Under the pieces are notes generated by a model. It was not told the origin of the DNA. It worked only from the letters and a program-made list of their open reading frames with translations, and ran no database searches. A stretch of DNA of 63,712 bases, counting the filler, from Craspedostauros australis (Eukaryota): assembly GCA_030167865.1 (NCBI GenBank). It is 8 parts of 8 records of this genome, joined end to end, with 100 filler letters (N's around TTAATTAATTAA, not from the genome) between each part and the next. Parts side by side here need not be neighbours in the genome. Positions count along the whole stretch, not along the records: positions 1 to 30,989 come from JALAGF010002097.1; positions 31,090 to 39,281 come from JALAGF010002104.1; 6 more parts are not named here. One strand, given 5' to 3'. Made by a program: the position numbers and the translations under genes. This document shows positions 23,877-35,329 of this stretch, piece after piece. Each line of letters opens with the position of its first letter. Within the stretch, counting starts at the first letter, position 1.

Positions 23877-24676
23877 ATACCCCTCGCCATGTTATGCAGT
23901 AGAGTGTGTCGGAATGCATGGCTCTACTATCGTCACTACCAACAATGATGAAATTCACTTCCCATCCTCTCTTCGTTTCTCTTTGTTGGCCCAAAGCAGA
24001 TTCTAATCTGATCGAGATGTCTACCGTAGTCTAGGTTTCCAGTCGTATTTGAAAATCCATTCACGAAGTCCGTTCTTTTCCGATCATTCCTGTCCACAAA
24101 TTGCCACGCTCCAGGTGGAAGCAAACCGAAAAACAAATGACAACGAACACAGTGCAAACGCACGAAACATCAACATCAACAACCACACCAACAACCTCAA
24201 CATCATCATCGGCTCGGGTCTGCACACGTACAGTAAATGCACCGCCAAACAGAAAAAAACCATCTCCCTCCAAACCAAAACATTGCACCCGAAGGTAAGA
24301 TCAGAGCTCCATGTGCCTTCATGATCATGATGATTACGATGATCATCATCAGCAGCAGTCGTAGGCGTCGCACCGCCGAAGGATAGCAGCACCAAGATTC
24401 AACCAATTCGAATCTACAAGAGTCTCGAATTCGTGCGATACCAGCTCGCCGAGAACTTTGACACATCTCATCTCACCCGCAACTGCATCATCTTTCCTTC
24501 ACATACCGATACGTACCAATACGGGTATTCTGCTCACGTTTCGAACCCCCATAACCGACAACGCTATCGCAATTACAACTCTCCATCCACAGGAATCCCA
24601 CAGCGTTCCAACCAGCCAACCAACCAACCAACCAACCACCAGGCAGACAAGCAAATACAGCACATTCGTCTGAAAG

Positions 24677-25909
24677 ATGTCTTCAAACAAGGAAATGCCA
24701 CGACAGAACTCCAGCCCACCGGGCAACTGCAAATTCGCCATCCCAAAGAAGGGCCGTCTCTATGAGAAGGTCGTGGGCATGCTGACGGGCGCTGGCATCG
24801 AATTCCGCAGGAAGGATCGTTTGGATGTCGCACTTTGCGTCGGTCTGCCGATCACCTTGGTCTTCCTCCCTGCCGCCGACATTGCGAAATTCGTCGGTGA
24901 GGGTAACGTCGACATGGGCATCACCGGCTTTGATGTGGTCACGGAGAGCGGCGTGACGGTTGATCACATCATGGACCTGGGCTTCGGCAAGTGCAAGCTG
25001 TGCGTGCAGGCACCCGTGGTCGACGACATCCACGACGTCAACACCCTTGCCGGAGGACGCATCGTCACCAGCTTTCCAGAGATCACGAAGGAGTTTTTCA
25101 AGAAGATCGACGCCGAGAAGGGCACCACGACCAGCGTCAAATTCGTCGGCGGATCCGTCGAGGCTGCCTGCGGACTTGGGCTTGCCGATGCCGTCGTCGA
25201 TCTCGTTGAGACCGGCACGACAATGAGAGTGAGTACTCGTACAATGGTTGCAACAACGTGAAGAAAAAGCACAATCCCAAACACAAGATGACATCTGTCG
25301 CGGCAGAAGTGAATGCAAACCGAACCGAACACAACAAACAGATGGGAATGTGAAGTCATGCTTGTCGCAAAGGCATGGGACTTGGGACTTGGGACGTGCC
25401 TGTTGAGCCTGTCGAGCTCACTCATTCCTCATGCTGCCCATCCTAACAATTGCCGCTCATCTCACATCATTCCGTGCTGTTGCCTCGCTGCCACCGATTT
25501 CACCTCCATTGAACGAACGAACGAACGAACTTGCACCATTACTCGCATGAACCAGGCCGCCGGATTGGAAGTCGTCCACGAAATCCTGAGCACCCAGGCC
25601 ATCCTGATTTCGAACCCCAACTCAACCCACAAGGGCATGGTGGAGAAGCTGAAGCGCCGCATCGAGGGTTACATCACCGCTACAAAGTACAGCATGATCA
25701 TGTACAATGTCGCAGTCGATCTGCTGTCCGAAGCCGTCAAGGTAACACCCGGCAAACGTTCGCCGACCATCACCAATCTGGAAGACGAGAACTTCAAGGC
25801 CGTGTCATCGTTGGTGCTCAAGAAGGAAGTGTCCGCAAAGATGGACGCCCTTCAGGAGGTTGGCGCCATCGATATCCTTGTCATTGATTTGGCCAACACT
25901 CGATTGTAA
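24677..25909 (+). CDS. hisG: ATP phosphoribosyltransferase (long form), 2 exons
   Basis: Exons 24677-25228 and 25556-25909. Motifs FAIPKKGRL, DIAKFVGEGNVDMGITG, GSVEAACGLGLADAVVDLVETGTTM and PGKRSPTI. Confidence 0.96.
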
Positions 25910-26980
25910 TGACGGAGGGGCAAGGATGTGTACGATTCATCGTGCACACATGAAGCTTCTATCCGCGTACGAGTACAAGTGATCTCTGACGTTCTTGTGA
26001 AGATGCCAAGACGTTTCTGTCGAGAGCACTCTTCTCCACTCGACACGACCGCACAAATAGACAATCCCTGGGTTGATCAACTGGATGAATCTGCATGGCA
26101 TTGAATGACTATTGCGCTTGCGAGTACGCATGTATTCTATGATAGGAGTATATTATCTGTTGGTGTGTGCTTGTGTACCGTACTCGGTGTGATGGAGCAG
26201 AGTATGTTCCAGCAAAGACAAGTAATACAGGCTCTGGCTGTCCCAACGTAGACATATTTCTCAGTCACGTAGGATGCAACCCATATCAGAAGGTTGATCG
26301 CCATTGGTTGGTATCCACGATTCAGAATGGAATCTGGGGTGATGAAGCCCAACAGTACATAATTCTACGTGTGAGCTACGTACAAGATCTTGATGTTCTC
26401 TCTTGCCTGTTCCGCGGATTTATCGGGCAGTGCCTTCCCGCCAAAAAATGCAGAGTCGTGGCGCGAAACACACACATCGCGCGGACGCCTGAGAGAGCGA
26501 GAAAGAACAGTGTCTGTCTCTGCACTCTACTCGGATGTGGTGTGGTGTGGTGGGTGTGTTGTGCCGCGTGGTGTCGCATGGTCTTTCCGTTCGTTCCTTG
26601 CTTCTCTTGGAATCGAAAGCACTCACAACCATGCGTTGAATTGTCAGTTGCATGCATCGTCGTGAAATCCAACCAACGCATGCCGTTTCTGATCATAGAA
26701 GCACAGAAGAAGAGAGGCTTCCTCCAACATCTGCAGATTTACGCAGACGACCAAGATCAAGATCAAGGACAACGACGGCAACATTTGCGCGCGCAAAAAG
26801 CAGCAGCCACAAGAAGAACTAGACTATCTCGCGGATACTGACATTTATATTGGACTTTCTTGGCGTTCTTCAGTTTCACAGTTACTGCACACATTCAAGC
26901 AAGATCAATCGTCGCCATCACCACATAGCAGCAGCAGCAGCAACAATAACAGCAACAGCAACACTAACACAGCCATCACG

Positions 26981-28534
26981 ATGATGATCGAACCGTTCTG
27001 CATCTGGATCAGCTTCATCCTGTCGGGCGCCGTGTGGCTGACGTCCGCAGGCGTTCTGATGCATCTCATGCGACAATGGATCCGTGCCTGCCGTTGCTGC
27101 TGCCACCTCAGCAATCTCTGCCGACGTCGAAGGCCAGTGGACCTGATCTCACACGAGAACTTCCGCTTTCATCCGCATCCGAACATCGAGAAATGCTTCT
27201 TCACCGTCCTCAGCTTCTTCGCCCTCCTTTGGCTGGCGGCGACCTGCCAGGCCTTGGTCTACGCTGACATGATCCCGCTGGTGTACATCCGCAGCATCAG
27301 CCCGGTGTCGATGGAGGAGATCAACTACCTCGTGCTGGAGATTGGCGCGGATTCCGTCCTGCAGATGGTCGCCTTTTCGATCGTGTCAGTTCGTTGGCTG
27401 CGTGCTGTCAAGATTCCGCGGGACTCAGCCAACGAGGCGGCCAACATCATCGTCAATGCGGAGGAGGGCATCGTCCTTCGCAACGACACCCGCAACCGCG
27501 ATGGCAACGACAACAACGACGCCGAGGCAAGCGTCAACCTTCTGCAGCTGGGTGAAGGCCGTCCGCGACGCAGGAAGGTGTCCATCAAGAGGATCCTCCA
27601 TGCGACATTTGGCATCGTCATGCTCTCCCTCATCGTCGAGACCATCCTGTCCGTCGTCGCCCTTCTGACTTTGGATCATTCCTTCCTCTGCAAGCACCAC
27701 GCAAGCAACACCACCGACGTGATCACGGCTGAAGCCACCATCGGCGAAGTCGTCGCAGTTGGAGGTGCGTGGTCATCGAACAGCAACGATGCCACCGCAC
27801 CCGATGCATTCCACCCTCACATCCACATGGACCTCGCGCAGAAGACCACCTTCCTCATCGCGGCGCACACGATCCTCAATGGCGCAGCGTGGATCACCAA
27901 CGCTGTTATCCTCCTGTACTGCATCGTCGTCACCATCGGCGACATTCAAGTGCGACGATCTTCCTTGCGACACGACCACACGCGACACTTGAGCTACTTG
28001 GTCATCGTCATGATCCCATTGGCCATCTGCGCTGGCTTCAATGGCGCACGTTGCATCGAGCAGTACCTACTGCACAGCATGTACCACCCAGGATTCGCAC
28101 GGTACGATCTCATGCGATGGATCGTGCTGTGTTGGGTCCCGACAGGATTGATCCTCCTCGCCATCCTCCTCTCAAGTTTGGGATGGCTCTGTTTGACGGA
28201 CATCGAACCCGACGTGCCATTCTCCAATTTGTACATCCATCAGGCGTCGAACATTCACGCTGCGAATGACGACGACGACGACGGTCGCAGGATGCAACCG
28301 CATCGCATCTCTCCGCTGTCCGAATCTCCGCAAGGATACGTGCCACCTAAGGAGATGGTGAGCAGCTTCATTCCGTTGGATGAAACCAGAGATAGCCGGC
28401 CAGTCTCCGTCGTCGTTGCAGACACCGATCAGCAGGAGGTGGCGGAGGAAGAGACGCTGAGCATGTTCGATCTCGAAGGTATGTTCTTCGGTCTGCTGCT
28501 GCCTCAGGAGTTCTTTTCTGCCACGGCTGTCTGA
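26981..28534 (+). CDS. Intronless polytopic membrane protein with about 7 TM helices (THH1/TOM1/GPR137-like topology)
   Basis: 517-aa ORF with coding-like codon usage, about 7 hydrophobic segments and an acidic cytosolic tail. The family is inferred from topology only. Confidence 0.6.
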   Translation: MMIEPFCIWISFILSGAVWLTSAGVLMHLMRQWIRACRCCCHLSNLCRRRRPVDLISHENFRFHPHPNIEKCFFTVLSFFALLWLAATCQALVYADMIPLVYIRSISPVSMEEINYLVLEIGADSVLQMVAFSIVSVRWLRAVKIPRDSANEAANIIVNAEEGIVLRNDTRNRDGNDNNDAEASVNLLQLGEGRPRRRKVSIKRILHATFGIVMLSLIVETILSVVALLTLDHSFLCKHHASNTTDVITAEATIGEVVAVGGAWSSNSNDATAPDAFHPHIHMDLAQKTTFLIAAHTILNGAAWITNAVILLYCIVVTIGDIQVRRSSLRHDHTRHLSYLVIVMIPLAICAGFNGARCIEQYLLHSMYHPGFARYDLMRWIVLCWVPTGLILLAILLSSLGWLCLTDIEPDVPFSNLYIHQASNIHAANDDDDDGRRMQPHRISPLSESPQGYVPPKEMVSSFIPLDETRDSRPVSVVVADTDQQEVAEEETLSMFDLEGMFFGLLLPQEFFSATAV

Positions 28535-28915
28535 ACATCATCTGTACATGGGTACTCATGTGTGCATAGGTACTCATGTGTGAATATTCATGTACACTCA
28601 TGTGACAAGAGGGATAGGATGGGAGGAGCAGGGCGCTTCACACCATTTGAAGGGAACCGAAAACCAGGGATGTACATGTACCATACGGTACTTGGCGCTG
28701 TGAAAGCACAGCATAGGGAAAAGAAAGAGCACCATCGCAATCTTCTTCCAAACACCATCGCACATAAAAACTATTAGGAAACATATACTATACTATAATA
28801 TAGTATAATGCCATTTCATGAGAAGAAACCGTCTACCTGCGCATTGCAATCGACCAATTGTGCTTGCGTGCGCCTACTCTAGTTGTACGTACTCGTTTGG
28901 CACTGGGGTGGTGAA

Positions 28916-28964
28916 ATCATTGGAGTTCGATCATTGGAGTTCGATCATTGAAGTTCGATCATTG
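28916..28964. repeat. 3.5 x 14-mer ATCATTGRAGTTCG in the bL25 3' UTR
   Basis: Units at 28916, 28930, 28944 and partial 28958. Confidence 0.9.
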
Positions 28965-28970
28965 CGATGA

Positions 28971-30092
28971 TTACGATGCCTCCTCCTTCTCTTCCTCTCC
29001 ATCTTCCGCCATCGCCGATGCGCGTCCACCATGCACCGGACCCACAATGAATTTTTTGGTGTCCACGCGGTCGCTGTGCCGCACCCCGTCCGGGAAGATG
29101 ACGCGATCCAACCTCACCACCGTCTTCAACTCCAACCCCGTGCATTCCACGCTGAGCTCTTCCGGGATGGGCACGCCGTCCTCCACCAAACATTCGACGT
29201 ACTTGTTGATCGGGATGATGAAGCCATCGCGCTTCAAGGCCGGCGACTCCTCCGTGTTGATGTACTTGAGAGGAATCTTGATGGGACGCAAGGCGTGGTA
29301 CCGCAGGAAGTTGGTGCAGTACAGCTTTTCCCACACGGGATGCCATTGCACATCGCGCGGCATAACACGATGCACCGTGCCCTGCGTATCCTCCTCATCT
29401 TCGTACACGGTGAGATCGTAGACGCGAGATCCCAAATGCCGACGGTATCGTCCCACTTCGCGATGCAATTCGCTCCACGGCGTCTGGACGAGGAGCTCGT
29501 CGCGCGTGCCGCCCCTGCGCGTGGTGCTGCCCCAGACGATGCCGGGAATGAGGCTGTGCTCTTCGCGCAGTCGATCGCAGGCGCGGGTGCCATCGACGGT
29601 GCGGCGGTACGTGACGAGCTTGCGGATGTTGAGGGCCTGCTGCGCCTCGTTGCCCAGTCCCTTGTCGATGCGCGGCTCGCCGTACGCTCGGGTCGATTTG
29701 TTGGCCTTTTGGGGTTGCGTCGAGGCGATGAGCTCCGCCTCCGTCATACCGAGCAGTTCCAAATCTGCCGGATCGATCGTGATGGAGTTGCCGACGTTGA
29801 CGAAGTTGCTCGTGAGGTACTCCTGGAGCTTGGGATCGGCCTGAACCTGCTCTGCTGTGAGGCCGGACACGAACTTGCCGGGGTTGGCGAAGATCTCCTC
29901 AGCTGTCACGCTGGAGGTTGACGACCATCTCAAAGACTGCGATGGCTTCCGTTGCCTGTTCCTCTGCTCAACGAGCTGGCTTGGGAATGCGACGCTGGCA
30001 GCGCCTCCGAGTCTGGACCATCCCGCAGACGCTGACGCTGACGCAGCCGCTGACTGGATCTTTCGCATTGAGATCGCCAACCTTGATGTCAT
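28971..30092 (-). CDS. Organellar (probably mitochondrial) ribosomal protein bL25/CTC
   Basis: Motifs RLREEHSLIPGIVWG, RVMPRDVQWHPV, NFLRY, IKIPLKYIN..SPALKRDG and IPEELSVECTGLELKTVVRLDRVIFPDGV. Arg/Ser/Ala-rich presequence. Confidence 0.85.
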   Translation of the reverse strand: MTSRLAISMRKIQSAAASASASAGWSRLGGAASVAFPSQLVEQRNRQRKPSQSLRWSSTSSVTAEEIFANPGKFVSGLTAEQVQADPKLQEYLTSNFVNVGNSITIDPADLELLGMTEAELIASTQPQKANKSTRAYGEPRIDKGLGNEAQQALNIRKLVTYRRTVDGTRACDRLREEHSLIPGIVWGSTTRRGGTRDELLVQTPWSELHREVGRYRRHLGSRVYDLTVYEDEEDTQGTVHRVMPRDVQWHPVWEKLYCTNFLRYHALRPIKIPLKYINTEESPALKRDGFIIPINKYVECLVEDGVPIPEELSVECTGLELKTVVRLDRVIFPDGVRHSDRVDTKKFIVGPVHGGRASAMAEDGEEEKEEAS

Positions 30093-30695
30093 GTTGGCAA
30101 TGATGTTGTTGGTATCGAATGAGTTTCAGCAGCAGATACGCTCAGCTCGTACAGCAGGTATTCTATGATATTATATGTTGTATAATATGTAATTCTCTCG
30201 CTGTGGAATGTCTAATTGGAAGCACTCCTGATGTGGAAGTAACAGCGCGGAGTGCTGCTGGCGTATCTGTCCACGCCGCTGCGACTCGCAGTTGTTGCCG
30301 CCATTGTCATCACCACCATCATGATCATGACCATCGTCATCGACAAAATCAAAGCCATCACAGAATGGGCTATGAGCCAATTATCCACAGCTCGAAGTCT
30401 ACCACATCTACATCTAATTCTAAATCTACTCGAATGAGAACGAGTACGCGACAATCACTCACTTGCTCGCTCACCCCTACACTCCACCTTTCACTCTCTA
30501 CTATTAGAGCGGTATCTTACACACTTTACAGTTCATAGAGAGTAACCTGTCCTAGGTACAACGCTGGGACACGCGGCAAAATGTCTGGCACGATCAAAAA
30601 ATCTCTTGCCTTAAACCAATTAAATAGCTTCGGCGTCTGTTGATATTATACAGGTCATCATAACGAAATTGATAAACTCATGCTGTCATGTGTCA

Positions 30696-30836
30696 TTGTC
30701 GGGAATGTCGGGAATGTCGGGCGCTTTGTCGGGAATGTCGGGAGTTTTGTCGGGAATGTCGGGNGTNTTGTCGGGAATGTCGGGTGCGTTGTCGGGAATG
30801 TCGGGCGTGTTGTGGCGATTGTCGAGAATGTCGGGA
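30696..30836. repeat. 21-bp tandem array TTGTCGGGAATGTCGGG-N4 (about 6-7 units) near contig end
   Basis: 17-nt core repeated with variable 4-nt linkers (CGCT, AGTT, NGTN, TGCG, CGTG); internal 9-mer TGTCGGGAA. Confidence 0.9.
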
Positions 30837-30989
30837 GTCTCGGCACCAGACATTCGCACCTGGATGGGCAGAGTTCACGGGAAACGGACAGACGAAACAA
30901 TCGAAGAACGAAAAACGCGTGGTGGCACACTGGACGAAACCGACAAACTCGCGATCATGTTGTGAATGTGCACTTGACTCGGTCGGAGA

Positions 30990-31089
30990 NNNNNNNNNNN
31001 NNNNNNNNNNNNNNNNNNNNNNNNNNNNNNNNNTTAATTAATTAANNNNNNNNNNNNNNNNNNNNNNNNNNNNNNNNNNNNNNNNNNNN
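30990..31089. other. Artificial contig spacer N44-TTAATTAATTAA-N44 (also at 39282-39381, 42218-42317, 46429-46528, 48286-48385, 56319-56418, 62575-62674)
   Basis: Identical 100-nt structure with a six-frame stop linker, present seven times. Confidence 0.99.
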
Positions 31090-31482
31090 GCCGAGGTGAA
31101 GACGATGTCGTGGTGATTGGCGAAGCACTGTCGTCTGCGTCGTACAGATCGCCAATGCGCTTCGTCGTATTCCAAGACGATTGGATGTTGCTGGTTTCCA
31201 TTGTGAGATTGGTTGACGCGGACTCATGTTGGCTGTCCTGGCATGGCACATTCTGTTGTTGCTGCACACGGTCATCACGTTGTCTTGCAGAGGAAGAGTC
31301 ACACGATGTCTCTTCCTCTGTTGTGACTCGTTTTTCATGACGTGGAATCCGTTCCCTGTGACGTAGACGACGGATCAGCGAGAGTAAACACGAAATAGCT
31401 CTAAATATACAATCGCCGTTTCTCCCAAAAGCAAGCAAACCAGTGGCAACAAGGGGCCAAAACTCTACAACTAGTGCTATCG
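31090..31482 (-). mobile_element. Putative DNA transposon end (terminus CGATAGCACTAGTTGTAGAGTTTTGG), truncated by spacer
   Basis: 31457-31482 is the exact reverse complement of 53510-53535. Extra shared patches inward are TTTTGGGAGAA and ACGTCATGAAA. Similarity stops abruptly at the terminus. Confidence 0.5.
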
Positions 31483-33526
31483 CGACACCGTTTTACATTG
31501 AGTGCAGCTAGTAGATTCCACTCCCTGATCTCGAAAGAAACCTGGCTCTCGATTGCAGCCTCGATTCGAATCGAGCGCAGTATGGGCCCTCTCCAGAGAG
31601 ACAGAGAGGGAGAGAGAAATCCACTCCTTCAGAGAGAGAGAGAGAGAGAGATGGGAGGAATGTTCTGCGAATGACAAAGTTCCAAACTCCGCCATTGTGG
31701 ATACTCCTTGCCATGTTGTGGAGGTGACTGTCAACCTTCGGAGAATGTGAGATACGCATGCAGTCACATATCTACACAATGTACGATCTGGAGAGAAGTT
31801 GGACATGTCTCATGTTGTATGTTGGGTGTCACATACATAGCCCGTATCTATTTCGCACCACACAAGAACTCCTGTTCGGCAGTGTGCTTTTTTGGGGCAT
31901 CCATAGTCGTAGCGTATCGGCGCACCAAGAACAATTAATCGTCGATCTTCATCGTCACGAAGGAGAAGCCCTCAATTGCGGAGAAACATCGATGGGCACG
32001 AGAAGAATATAGTTCCGAAATTACGAGTAGATAGATTCACAATGTCATAGTATAGCGGCTCCTACATAGTACATAAGTGTAGCAGAGTCGAGGGTTCTCC
32101 TTCACTATCCGCGACCTATGTATCCGTCGAGGTGTGGTTCGAAAAGTGAGGCTTGCTCATCGCACGCGTAATGCACGTTTGCACGTTTCTTGTCGCTTGC
32201 TGCTATGGCATTTTCGACACAAGGCGGTGTTGTGTTGCGACATCTCCGGCTCCCAGTGTGTTTTATGGCCTGAGGTGACGACTTGATTGACCTGAACCCT
32301 CTCGGCAGAAGGTTTCTTGCCCAGAAAGGCGCAATGGTTGGCCGACATCAACTTGTCTTCCCATTGATTGTTGCAATAGATATCCCATGGCGCGATTTTA
32401 TATGTAGGCCTCGACTGTACTACTAGCATGTGTCGAATAGTACAAGCACTTGCAACACCTGTGGCACTTGGATGCGTTCGCCCTCAGGGTGCGTGTCGAA
32501 GTGTGTGTGTGAGAGAGATGTGGAAGAGTCCTCTACTCTATATATTACATGCATGCCTCCGACAGTCCTCTACGGATACGATGCGATTACAAGTTCCATC
32601 GGGTAGAACATGTATTCCCCTTCCGAGTGCATTTCATGCCGTAAATTCACAAGGCTTTGCTCTGCTCTCTCTATCCATGCATTCGTACTCATGCTTGCGG
32701 GGGGGGGGGATGAGCGTGAGGGCACGTCTCCAGTGTCAGATCCCCGATGGCGCGGAAAAAGATACAAATCGACGCCTCCGCCACTCAGACCATCACCAAG
32801 GAATGTCCACAGCGAGCCAAAAGATGGTTGGCCGCAAACACAGGAGAAGAGTGTCCTCTGGAGAATGGGTTGTACTTCACCCCAGCTCGTATGCAGGCAC
32901 TATCGAGTCGTCCTCCGTGATATTATTACTTGACAGCAGAGACCAACAGAGGACAGCAAAAGCCAGCACATGAGCTGACACCAAGCGCCGTGACTCCCTC
33001 GCTGTGATCGTCCATCTGTATTGTACAAATATACACGTTTCGTGGTCGCCCCAAACGAAGATCACAAGCACTCATACGAGCAGAGTCTGAGAGACCGGAA
33101 GGAATCGATTTTTCGATTACCTCGTACACCACCACAAGTACAACAGAGCGGGCATCGAGTGTAAATCGATGACCTAAACCTCCATGCTATCCAAAGAAGC
33201 ACACTGCCCTCGAATAGAGTAGGAAAAGTGTAGACGTGAGTTCATCATTGTCCGTGTTGTATGACACTCTCTGGAGACTTGGCTTGTAATATACAATAGT
33301 ATAATACGTAGTACACGCCCAACCAGTCAAAGCAAAGTGCAACTGGACTGCCATGGCCGTATTCCATGTGAGCCAACTCTTATGTAACGCAGATGACAAC
33401 AGCTGAGTTCCCTCACACTGTGCCCCACGAGGATTGCAATACTCACGTTGCTTGCAGTTCGAGCAGCAACTTTGGGGTGCTCCGAACCTCAGCGTGCTTT
33501 CTGATCGATTTCACTCCCCCCGCCCT

Positions 33527-35329
33527 TCAGTCCTCGCTGTCGTTGGCGATCTGAATCGCAGCTGCCCAACCACTTGTGGGCTCTGGTGCGGGTGCTGTTT
33601 GGATCGGACCGCTGTAGCAAAAGGTCCCAGGAGTTGATGTGAGCCGTTCGATGATTCGTTTGCGATCATTCTTTGATCGGTATCGTTGCTCTGCAAGGTA
33701 CACGCCGGGGCCTGGGCATGGATTGCATTCCTCGCTGTACCCATCCTGCTGCTGCTGCCGATGCTGTTCCAGAGCATCCAGTGCAAACTCGGCGCAAGAT
33801 TGGCCGACGCATCGACGGAACGAGTCATGGCATTGCACGATGGAAACGCCGTTGCGGTTGCGCTCACCAGTGACATCAATCCTCATACCATGCGTTTCGC
33901 CCACCCCTGTCATATGCAGGTAGTAGTCGTCACATGCTCTTACCAACGGCTCAGAAAAATCGGCCATGAATTTGGAGAATCGCTCCGATCTCCACCACGG
34001 CCTCGGGATGACGTTGACCAGGATCGCGAGCATGGTGTTCCAAAGATCCGGCGCCGTGCCCATGGAGGCGTAGGAATTGCCACGTGCCTTGACCTCGATT
34101 GGGACTGTCGCGGCTTCTGGGAAGGGCCATGCAAACACGCGCTGCTTCCCGATGCGCTTCTTTGCGCGTTCCAGCTCTTGTTTGACGTGGTGATGATCGA
34201 GTTCAGTCCGGACCGTGGGGCTTGTACTGTTGTCCCCACCATCGTCCACCGGCAAGAAAAAGTCAACCGCTCCCATCAGTAGGCCCGATAGTGCCATGAA
34301 GAATCGAGTCTGACCATTGTCGTGCTGCACCATGGGCTCGCCGAAGCCAAGGTTGGTGATATACAAGTTGACTGTTCCCGAACCACCTAGGCCAGCCGTG
34401 AAGTAGTGAAATCGAACGTCCTGCACATACGGGGAGAAGAATGGATCGTCGGTTTCCTCGTCAGCGCTGTTCGGATCATCTGGGTGGCGTGATCTGTTGG
34501 TCAGCACCTGTGCGGCTTCCATTGCCAGCACATTAGACATCCCCGGGAATGCACCAGCCGCCACCAGCGCAGTCGTCCCAGCCTTGGCGGCGTCATCGCT
34601 GAGAAGCAGAGATTTTTCGAGGAATGGGAGAGGGTCGCCAACATCCACATACACCTGGCACCGGTCTGATGCAATGGCACATTCCAACGGCACAGGTAAT
34701 TTGTCAAGATAGGGGCCAGCCGTGTGTATCAAGCAATCGGCTTCTGCAGCGATGGCTTGAAGTTCAGCAGTCTTCGTCCAGATGTCATCCACCTGTCGGT
34801 AGACAATCTCGTGCAGGGTGTTCCTGTACTTCTCCGTGAGCTCGGAGATGCTGCGTTGAACCTTAGAGTCTTCAATGTCTCTTCTGCCAGCCAGCACAAT
34901 CCTTGCGTTCTGCCCAACAGCAGAATACTTGTGGAGGAGGTGATCAGCGACTGCGGTGCCAATCTGCCCGTTCCCACCGAGGATCGCGAAGGTGGTGGTT
35001 GCTGTTGTTGCTCCTTCTGATCCAACACCCTGATCACCGGAGGAAGAAAAAGATGATGAGGATATCATTGCTTGTGCCGATGTCACTGTGGATGTGCTGA
35101 CGCTTGGTGTGGATGGCCGCATCGGGAACTGCGTGGAACATGCCGAAAACTGCGGCCACGATGGAATTCGCAATAGCGGCGCCTCCTTACCTCCGCGTTG
35201 CCACCGGATGGTTTGCAGCGGAAGATCCATGCCTCGGAAGCAAAGCGCAGGGCTGATGCCCAACCCAAGCAGTGCCACCAGCGCCAAGAAGCCGCGCATT
35301 GGCATTCCTTTCTCGTTTTTCTTTTGCAT
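33527..35329 (-). CDS. Saccharopine dehydrogenase-like NAD(P)-binding oxidoreductase, probably plastid-targeted
   Basis: Motifs ILGGNGQIG, VLAGRR, LIHTAGPY, YVDVGD, AGAFPGMSNVLA and TAGLGGSG. Signal-peptide-like MRGFLALVALLGLGISPALCF (alternative ATG 35299) followed by a Ser/Thr-rich transit-like region. Confidence 0.85.
   Translation of the reverse strand: MQKKNEKGMPMRGFLALVALLGLGISPALCFRGMDLPLQTIRWQRGGKEAPLLRIPSWPQFSACSTQFPMRPSTPSVSTSTVTSAQAMISSSSFSSSGDQGVGSEGATTATTTFAILGGNGQIGTAVADHLLHKYSAVGQNARIVLAGRRDIEDSKVQRSISELTEKYRNTLHEIVYRQVDDIWTKTAELQAIAAEADCLIHTAGPYLDKLPVPLECAIASDRCQVYVDVGDPLPFLEKSLLLSDDAAKAGTTALVAAGAFPGMSNVLAMEAAQVLTNRSRHPDDPNSADEETDDPFFSPYVQDVRFHYFTAGLGGSGTVNLYITNLGFGEPMVQHDNGQTRFFMALSGLLMGAVDFFLPVDDGGDNSTSPTVRTELDHHHVKQELERAKKRIGKQRVFAWPFPEAATVPIEVKARGNSYASMGTAPDLWNTMLAILVNVIPRPWWRSERFSKFMADFSEPLVRACDDYYLHMTGVGETHGMRIDVTGERNRNGVSIVQCHDSFRRCVGQSCAEFALDALEQHRQQQQDGYSEECNPCPGPGVYLAEQRYRSKNDRKRIIERLTSTPGTFCYSGPIQTAPAPEPTSGWAAAIQIANDSED

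Noticed and set aside
30696..30836. CRISPR-like repeat/spacer array
   Set aside because: Linkers are only 4 nt, the core is 17 nt, no cas genes are present and the context is eukaryotic.
31034..31045. Recurrent TTAATTAATTAA as piggyBac target or biological motif; ORFs ending in LIN
   Set aside because: Always centred in 44+44 Ns, so it is an artificial six-frame-stop contig linker.
31483..33500. Short ORFs (e.g. 32428-32973) and possible RNA genes in the intergenic stretch
   Set aside because: No domain motifs, coding bias, or tRNA/snRNA signatures recognised.
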